Source: Bacillota bacterium (GTDB lineage: Bacteria > Bacillota > Sulfobacillia > JAUYEG01). Taken from it: a stretch of DNA of 64,000 bases. The position numbers and the translations under genes were made by a program. The notes under the pieces are model-generated. The model saw nothing but the letters and a program-made list of their open reading frames with translations, had not been told where the DNA came from and did no database searches. Position 1 is the stretch's first letter. Each line of letters starts with the position of its first letter. The DNA is taken from assembly GCA_040766985.1 (NCBI GenBank), contig JAXGPL010000009.1, forward strand, positions 56,963 through 120,962. Reading direction: 5' to 3'. Positions 57,833-64,000 of the stretch are shown piece by piece.

Positions 57833-58717
57833 GTGAATGCGCTCTATACTTCGCTCAAGTTCTTTGCCTTGATCTTCGCGGAACTAACGGTCTTGTTCTT
57901 AGGTATCAGCACGCTAGTCGGGCTTGTCTTTGCCAACCTGCGCGATGAAACCTTGCGCCGCTGGCTCTCAAGGAAGGGCATCCTCGGCAACATCCTGGGC
58001 GCCGCGCTCGGAGCCGTAACGCCGTTCTGTTCCTGTTCGACAATCCCGATGACCGTAGGCCTCTTGCGGGCCGGGGTACCCTTCGGGGCGACTATGTCCT
58101 TTGTGCTGGCCTCGCCGCTCCTCAATCCGATCATTCTTGCCATGTTCCTGGCGCTGTTGGGACCCAAGACTTGCGTTGTATACGCTACAGTCACTTTCAT
58201 CGTATCGGTCCTTAGCGGCTCACTGCTGGCCAAACTGGGCTTTGCCAAGTACGTAAAGAAGGTCCGCGTCATCGGAGGACGCGCCGAGTCTGATGTATCC
58301 GACACGTTTGGTATGAAGCTGCGGGCGGCATTTTCCAGCGCGTGGGCTGACTTTCGCGGGGTGCTCCCATATCTGATTGCTGGAGTAGCGGTCGGTGCGG
58401 TCGTCTATGGCTACGTCCCCGGCGACTTTGTCGTCAAGCTGGCCGGCCCCCGAAACCCGGCGGCAGTACCGGTTGCGGCGGTGGTAGGCATTCCCCTGTA
58501 CGTACGCGCGGAGACCGTCATACCCATTGCTGTGGCCCTGACGCAAAAGGGAATGAGCATTGGAGCTGTTATCGCTCTAGTGATTGGCGGCGCGGGGATG
58601 AGTGTGCCCGAAATGAGCATGCTGGCTGGAATCTTCAAGGCGCGCCTGGTAGCAGTGTTTGTGGCAGTCGTCTTCATGACGGCTACGTTGGCTGGTCTTG
58701 TCTTCAATATAGTCTAG
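57833..58717 (+). CDS. arsP: ArsP/DUF318 family permease (TPFCSCSTIP motif)
   Basis: Conserved TPFCSCS motif in TM region, 294 aa, adjacent to acr3. Confidence 0.75.
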   Translation: MNALYTSLKFFALIFAELTVLFLGISTLVGLVFANLRDETLRRWLSRKGILGNILGAALGAVTPFCSCSTIPMTVGLLRAGVPFGATMSFVLASPLLNPIILAMFLALLGPKTCVVYATVTFIVSVLSGSLLAKLGFAKYVKKVRVIGGRAESDVSDTFGMKLRAAFSSAWADFRGVLPYLIAGVAVGAVVYGYVPGDFVVKLAGPRNPAAVPVAAVVGIPLYVRAETVIPIAVALTQKGMSIGAVIALVIGGAGMSVPEMSMLAGIFKARLVAVFVAVVFMTATLAGLVFNIV

Positions 58718-58732
58718 GAAAGAAGGTCATCG

Positions 58733-58890
58733 CGTTGGCACAGGAGACCAAGAAGGGTGGCATCTTCAACCTGTTTGCGCCCCGGAAGAAGGCGTGTTGT
58801 TGTGATGTCAAGATCGAGGAAGTGGAAGACGAAGAAGCAGACTCCGGGCCTGCGACCGTGAGCGAGAAAGAGGAAACCATCAAGAAGTAA
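58733..58890 (+). CDS. small acidic protein with CCC motif (52 aa) between arsP and acr3
   Basis: TTG start after RBS AGGAAAGAAGG. MAQETKKGGIFNLFAPRKKACCCDVKIEEVEDEEADSGPATVSEKEETIKK. Possible metalloid-binding partner or chaperone. Too short for the ORF track. Confidence 0.35.
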
Positions 58891-58940
58891 CAAGCATTTT
58901 CAACCAAAACCGCAGCGCGGAGTAGAGAGGGGCCGCCGCA

Positions 58941-60047
58941 ATGAACACCGACCACCCGATTGCTGATCCGTCCGGCGACCGCGTCAGGCGCCTGGAGACG
59001 GCCAGGGACCTTGGCTTCTTCGAGCGGTATCTGACGGTTTGGGTCTTGTTGTGTATGGCAGTAGGCATCGGCCTCGGGGCTCTGCTCCCTGGGGCCGCCG
59101 AAACCCTCAATAGCCTCAGCATTGCCAACGTCAACTTGCCGGTAGCGGTGTTTCTGTTTGCCATGATGTATCCGATCATGGTGCAAATCGATTTCAACGA
59201 GGTAGTCGAAGCGGTCCGCAATCCCGAACCGGTGCTGCTAACCCTGGCCGTGAACTGGGCGATCAAGCCATTTAGCATGTTCTTCTTTGCTTGGTTGTTC
59301 ATGCAGCACATCTGGCGAGGACTGATCCCATCCGATATGGCCAGCTCATACCAGGCGGGGATGATCCTCCTTGGGATTGCTCCTTGCACAGCAATGGTAT
59401 TGGTGTGGAGTTACCTCGCGCGGGGTTTTATGGGCCATACCCTGGTGATGGTTGCTGTCAATTCGCTATCTATGCTGGTCCTCTATGCACCGCTTGGGAG
59501 TTGGCTGCTCGGCGCGTCCGACATCGCAGTACCCTTTGCTACTCTTTTCTTCACAATCATGTTCTATGTCGGCGTTGCTCTCGTTGCGGGATACCTCACG
59601 CGCACCCACCTTGTAAGGACGCGAGGCATTGAGTGGTACGAGAGCGTGTTCCTCAAGCACACGGGTAAGGTTTCGATGACAGCGCTACTCTTGACCCTCA
59701 TCTTCTTGTTCATGTTGCAGGGCGGGGTGATCCTTAAGCAGCCGGCAGTCATTGGGATGATTGCACTGCCCTTGATCTTGCAGACCTTGTTGATCTTTAC
59801 CACCGGGTACGTCGCAGCCAAAGCGATTGGCCTGACATATGAGGATGCTGCTCCGTCTGCGATGATAGGCGCCAGCAACCATTTTGAGGTTGCCATCGCG
59901 ACGGCATCCACTCTCTTTGGATTAGGCTCCGGTGCTGCACTAGCGACTGTGGTTGGAGTTCTAATTGAGGTTCCGCTGATGCTGCTGTTGGTCAGGATAT
60001 GTCTTGCCACAAGGTCAAGGTTCCGTTCCCGACTCGACGCGGCGTAG
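58941..60047 (+). CDS. acr3: arsenite efflux transporter, ACR3 family
   Basis: 368 aa with characteristic Acr3 segments (GIGLGALLPGAAETLN, MYPIMVQIDF, LGIAPCTAMVLVWSYLA). Confidence 0.9.
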   Translation: MNTDHPIADPSGDRVRRLETARDLGFFERYLTVWVLLCMAVGIGLGALLPGAAETLNSLSIANVNLPVAVFLFAMMYPIMVQIDFNEVVEAVRNPEPVLLTLAVNWAIKPFSMFFFAWLFMQHIWRGLIPSDMASSYQAGMILLGIAPCTAMVLVWSYLARGFMGHTLVMVAVNSLSMLVLYAPLGSWLLGASDIAVPFATLFFTIMFYVGVALVAGYLTRTHLVRTRGIEWYESVFLKHTGKVSMTALLLTLIFLFMLQGGVILKQPAVIGMIALPLILQTLLIFTTGYVAAKAIGLTYEDAAPSAMIGASNHFEVAIATASTLFGLGSGAALATVVGVLIEVPLMLLLVRICLATRSRFRSRLDAA

Positions 60048-60320
60048 CCGGGGCTGGTCTGTTGATAGAGCACGACCATTCCAGGCGCTCCTGTGATGCC
60101 GGTTCTTCTGCCATCCGCCTCCCTCCCGCGATCCCTCGAGACATATCGACTCGGATCGGAATTGCACCGCGTCCTGGCTTTGACAGTGCCATCCCAACAG
60201 CGGTCAAAAACGATGTCACTCCTCCCCACTGTCGCGCCGATCGGTTGAGCATCGGTCCAGGCCTTCCATTGAGGGCAGAATCCAGATGACTAGTCAACTA
60301 ATACGCGGTATGATTCACTG

Positions 60321-60785
60321 GTGAGTCAGGGGCTTGTTATGTCATCGATACGGGACATTTGGCTTCACGCGCATGGCATCATCCGTTCAGCCAGGCAGCT
60401 CATCAATTCCGAACTCAGACCGCTGAATCTCTCCAGTGCCGAAGGGAACATCTTGCTCCATCTGTTGGTGGCCGGTGACGGATTACGCCAAGAGCAGCTT
60501 GTCGCGCAATTGGACATCGGTAAGGCTGCCATATCCCGAGCGGTCGATTCCCTTGAGGATAAAGGGTATGTAAGACGCATCAGGCAGGTGGATGATCGGC
60601 GAGCCTCAAGCATTTCGCTTACGGAGAAAGCGATTGACGTCGGACCTGACGTTGAAGGGATCTACGACCGCGTCTACGCTCTAGCGAGGCAGGGCATAGC
60701 GGACCACGAATTCGAGCGCATCGTCGCCATGCTCTCCCGGATAGCAGGCAACTTTTCCAACAGACAGACTGTGAAGGACAACTAG
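60321..60785 (+). CDS. MarR family transcriptional regulator
   Basis: Winged HTH region (EGNILLHLLVAGDGLRQEQLVAQLDIGKAAISRAVDSLEDKGYVRRIRQVDDRR). Confidence 0.75.
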   Translation: MSQGLVMSSIRDIWLHAHGIIRSARQLINSELRPLNLSSAEGNILLHLLVAGDGLRQEQLVAQLDIGKAAISRAVDSLEDKGYVRRIRQVDDRRASSISLTEKAIDVGPDVEGIYDRVYALARQGIADHEFERIVAMLSRIAGNFSNRQTVKDN

Positions 60786-60787
60786 GT

Positions 60788-61513
60788 GTGCTCTTGGAGA
60801 ACGCGCTCGGGTTCGGGATTCTGATTGGCTACTTTGTGGTCATGGTTGCATCGTTGCTGGTGCTGAGAAGGCACCTTACGCTGCCACAGGAACTATTCCG
60901 GAAAATGCTGCATATCGTCGTGGTCCTGTCCGTGATTGTCTTCCTGTATGGCTTCCACACCTGGTATGCGGCAGCGATTTCGGCAGTCGCCCTTATTGCG
61001 CTCATCTATCCAGTGCTCTACTTTGCAGAGCTCTTACCGGGATACAGCGCCTTTTTTGCCGAGCGAAGCAGTGGCGAAGTAAGGACAAGTCTGATCGCCG
61101 CATTTCTGATGGAGGCAACCCTCATCGCAGTCTTTTGGGGATTGAGGGGCGCTGAGTCAAAGTTCATCATCCTTGCTGCGGTTATGGCCTGGGGATTTGG
61201 TGATGCCGCTGCCGCGCTGATCGGTAAGTACTACGGGCGCCGGTACATCACACACCGCCGGGTCGATGGCAAGAAGACACTCGAAGGTACCCTCGCCATG
61301 TATGGGGTTTCACTCCTCGCGATCACTGTGACGCTGTCGGTGTCAATGGCACAGCCTTGGTATGTCTGCCTCGGCATTGGGCTAGTGGTCGCGCCGATAT
61401 GCGCTGCCGTCGAGCTATTCACCCGCCGTGGCATGGATACGGTGACAGTTCCTTTTGCCGCTGCGGCCGCCGTATTCGCTCTCACCATTCTCCTTGAGCA
61501 CATGGGGTTGTAA
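60788..61513 (+). CDS. CTP-transferase-like (CdsA/dolichol kinase family) polytopic membrane protein
   Basis: C-terminal GKKTLEGTLAMYGVSLL resembles the CdsA-family K.T.EG signature. 7 TM. Confidence 0.45.
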   Translation: MLLENALGFGILIGYFVVMVASLLVLRRHLTLPQELFRKMLHIVVVLSVIVFLYGFHTWYAAAISAVALIALIYPVLYFAELLPGYSAFFAERSSGEVRTSLIAAFLMEATLIAVFWGLRGAESKFIILAAVMAWGFGDAAAALIGKYYGRRYITHRRVDGKKTLEGTLAMYGVSLLAITVTLSVSMAQPWYVCLGIGLVVAPICAAVELFTRRGMDTVTVPFAAAAAVFALTILLEHMGL

Positions 61514-61516
61514 GTC

Positions 61517-62137
61517 ATGCAGAAAGAAGCCAGCAAGGGCGAGAAGACGCTCCTTAGCTCACTGCTGCTCAGCGCCCCAGGGCCGCTGGTTACGGGATAT
61601 GCGGTACTGAACAGCTATTCTGCAACCCAACTGGCAGACTTCCTGAGACGCACAACCGAATTGGGAGTCATCTTCATCTCCTGGTTGGTCTATCGCTTGG
61701 TCCGGCGAGGTGACGTAGATGTAGCGGGAAAGGACCGGCTTGAGCGATCCGCCAATCTGAGCGTTGGCGGAGCGATGTGCTTCTCAGGGCTGGCGATGCT
61801 CTACGTTGCTCTTCACAGCTTCTCCCGGTACTCGGAGAAGGGGAACGTTATCCCGGGGCTAATCATCGCGTTTCTTGGGCTTGTGACAAACACGTGGTTT
61901 TCTTTTCGCTACCAGGCAATGAACAGGGAGAAACACGACGCGATCCTCTCTGTCCAGGCCAAGCTGTACCGGGCCAAGTCCTTTGTGGATTGTTGCGTGG
62001 TTGCGTCGCTGACCGCCGTCGCCTTCGCTCCGATGCATCCGGCGACACGCCACATAGATGCTGTTGGTTCGATTGTCGTCGCCTTCTACCTGGTATGGAA
62101 CGGCGTAACGACGATACGAAATACCCCCCGAGGGTGA
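61517..62137 (+). CDS. cation-efflux (CDF)-like membrane protein, TM domain only
   Basis: 6 TM, an HxD-containing TM5-like segment (PATRHIDAVGSIVVAF). Lacks the cytoplasmic CTD. Confidence 0.4.
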   Translation: MQKEASKGEKTLLSSLLLSAPGPLVTGYAVLNSYSATQLADFLRRTTELGVIFISWLVYRLVRRGDVDVAGKDRLERSANLSVGGAMCFSGLAMLYVALHSFSRYSEKGNVIPGLIIAFLGLVTNTWFSFRYQAMNREKHDAILSVQAKLYRAKSFVDCCVVASLTAVAFAPMHPATRHIDAVGSIVVAFYLVWNGVTTIRNTPRG

Positions 62138-62564
62138 TGGACGTTGCGCAGGCGGGCAACATCCAGTAGGTACTGCCCCCCGCAGAGCGAACAGCACGAC
62201 AGGCACGGCCTGCTATCTCCGAGCCCACGTCTGAAAGGCCCAGCGATGACTGTACTGGCCAGTGTCCTGCTCCTGCGCACGGGATGTTGCGCAGTCCAGA
62301 CTCGGTCATGCCACGGCCGCATTCACGCCGCTGGATGTGTATGTGCATGTTGACGGCCGGTAGTCTGAGGGCATTGAGTCGATCGCACGCCAGCCACAGT
62401 GGCTATGTTGGGCTCTGCTCGCCACCGAAGACCAGCTACAGGAACTGCGGGCAGGGGAAGCCCTATATGACCACCGTGCCTACCGAGGTTACGCACAGTA
62501 TGGGGCCGTCACAGGGAAATAACTGCTGAAGGGAACTTGGCAGGTTCCAGATCCCAGATGATCA

Positions 62565-63299
62565 CTAGAACTCCAAAGTTCTGTCAGCTGTTGGTACCTC
62601 AGCAGCTACCCTCTTTGTGGAGTTCTCCGCGATTTTCACCTCTAATCTCCCGTCCTCCATCCTGAGGACCCTGCCCGCGCGGTCGGCAACGGTTGGATCG
62701 TGAGTGACTATGACAACTGTATGCCCCTGGTCGCATAGATGAGCCAGTAGGTCAAGAAGTTGCTCCCTGGTCGCAGAGTCCACATTGCCTGTAGGCTCGT
62801 CAGCCAGTACTAGACGCGGCTCGTTAGCCAATGCCCGAGCGATAGCTACGCGCTGTTCTTCCCCACCTGACAGCTCAGAGGGGTAGTGGCCTAACCGGTG
62901 AGCTAGACCGACCGAAGTGAGTAGTTCCTCGGCTCGCCTGAGGCGCTTCTGTTTCGATACTCTGGCGTAAGCCATCGGCAGCGCGACATTCTCCAGTGCC
63001 GAGAGATCGGGAATCAGGTTATAGCTCTGAAACACAAACCCCACTGTCCGCAGGCGCATCGCCGAGAGCGCGTAATCGTCAAGCTTGCTGACATTCACTC
63101 CGTGCAACCACACCTCGCCTCCGGATGGTCGCATCAACCCACCTAGCAGGTACATCAGCGTGGATTTGCCAGACCCGCTGGGGCCCATGATTGCCACAAT
63201 CTCACCCTCATAGATGGCGAGACTCACGCCGTTGACCGCCTTAACCAGAGATTCACCTTTGCGGAAGTACCGGTGGACATCCTTAAGCTGCGCTATCAC
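62565..63299 (-). CDS. ABC transporter ATP-binding protein (MacB/LolD/FtsE-like)
   Basis: [36 protein letters not shown]. Confidence 0.85.
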   Translation of the reverse strand: MIAQLKDVHRYFRKGESLVKAVNGVSLAIYEGEIVAIMGPSGSGKSTLMYLLGGLMRPSGGEVWLHGVNVSKLDDYALSAMRLRTVGFVFQSYNLIPDLSALENVALPMAYARVSKQKRLRRAEELLTSVGLAHRLGHYPSELSGGEEQRVAIARALANEPRLVLADEPTGNVDSATREQLLDLLAHLCDQGHTVVIVTHDPTVADRAGRVLRMEDGRLEVKIAENSTKRVAAEVPTADRTLEF

Positions 63300-63302
63300 T
63301 GG

Positions 63303-64000
63303 CTACTCTCCTCTCCCTAGTGCTTCCGCCGGGTCCAGCCGCGAGGCCTGGAAAGCAGGCAGCAGGGTGCCCGCGAGCGCCATGATGGATGCAGCCCCGA
63401 AAGAGATAGCTCCAGCCCTGACATGACTGACCACCCCAGCAGACTGTGAGCCGCAGACCATCACCACAGCCGCCGTTGATACGAGGAGCGCCATTAGGCC
63501 ACCCAGAGAACACAATGATAGGGCTTCCTTGATGAGCAGAGCCGCGATAGTACCACGGCTGCAGCCGATTGCCCTGCGTATGGCAATCTCCCGCCGCCTG
63601 GCCCTGACATGAACAAACATGTAGTTTGCTAGGTTGGTTATGGCCATCAACCCGGAAAGACCGGCGAAAACGAGAAAGGCGCGCTCCTGTCCCACACGAA
63701 CGTCGCGCATAGCTCCCACCTCGACCAGAGGTCTGGTGACCTGAGTATCGACATCAAACCCCAAAGCCGCCACGGCCGCGCGCAGTTCCGGTTCGCCGGC
63801 GGCCAAGGCTGCGTCATCGACGAACTCAATCGAGACCTGGTGATGTCGGTTTCCTGGGATGAACGGGAATGTGCTTTCTTGACTGGCGGGGACAATCACC
63901 GACCAGTCGGGGAGCCAGCTCCCGTCCGAAAGGTCGCTAAGGTGGTCCTCTAGGAGACCCACGACCTTATATGACGTAGGACCGATGGTCAGTGTCTGGC
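63303..64000 (-). CDS. ABC transporter permease, FtsX-like (C-terminal part; gene continues past window end)
   Basis: C-terminal 4-TM FtsX-type domain. Overlaps the ATPase start. Confidence 0.6.
   Translation of the reverse strand, partial: QTLTIGPTSYKVVGLLEDHLSDLSDGSWLPDWSVIVPASQESTFPFIPGNRHHQVSIEFVDDAALAAGEPELRAAVAALGFDVDTQVTRPLVEVGAMRDVRVGQERAFLVFAGLSGLMAITNLANYMFVHVRARRREIAIRRAIGCSRGTIAALLIKEALSLCSLGGLMALLVSTAAVVMVCGSQSAGVVSHVRAGAISFGAASIMALAGTLLPAFQASRLDPAEALGRGE

Overview
High-GC (~65%) chromosomal segment from a monoderm, Gram-positive-type bacterium. Evidence for that lifestyle: SLH-domain and MBG-repeat surface proteins, an ECF-transporter S component, a Dlt-like MBOAT cluster, a PspA/TPM envelope-stress module, LysM repeats and a VapBC pair. 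This fits a Firmicutes-like (e.g. Limnochordia/Symbiobacterium-type) or Chloroflexi-like genome. The window is gene-dense and mostly housekeeping or accessory: dnaE, a nitroreductase, a CaCA antiporter, an M1-like peptidase with a cupin and an Rrf2 regulator, an ECF sigma/anti-sigma module, an ABC-2 exporter, Fpg/Nei, trpB, an M20 amidohydrolase, pdxK with an ECF S component, a molybdate/tungstate ABC importer, an arsenic-resistance island and two giant surface proteins. Three loci stand out. (1) A minus-strand cluster (34.6-40.1 kb) encodes MBOAT, a DltD/DHHW-like domain fused to a CE4 polysaccharide deacetylase, an acyl carrier protein and an FkbH-like HAD-IIIC protein, with a divergent Sfp-type PPTase. 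This looks like a Dlt-like carrier-protein-dependent surface-polymer acylation system in which an FkbH-type (glyceryl-ACP-forming) loader replaces the DltA ligase. (2) A two-small-ORF cassette (~72-aa protein A followed by a ~44-aa peptide B, both starting MDIQAI) is present twice (6.35-6.94 kb and 20.16-20.71 kb), each behind an AT-rich promoter island and with conserved intergenic nucleotide motifs. (3) Around a molybdate/tungstate importer, cell-surface proteins carry repeated sulfite-oxidase-family (Oxidored_molyb-like) domains. Many genes carry frameshifts (dnaE, TPM protein, PPTase, alpha/beta hydrolase, Gfo/Idh/MocA, modC, a PKD surface protein). At least the TPM case is two single-base homopolymer deletions, so the assembly has indel errors. 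Frame breaks elsewhere should not be read as pseudogenes without read-level support. No rRNA, tRNA or CRISPR arrays were found.
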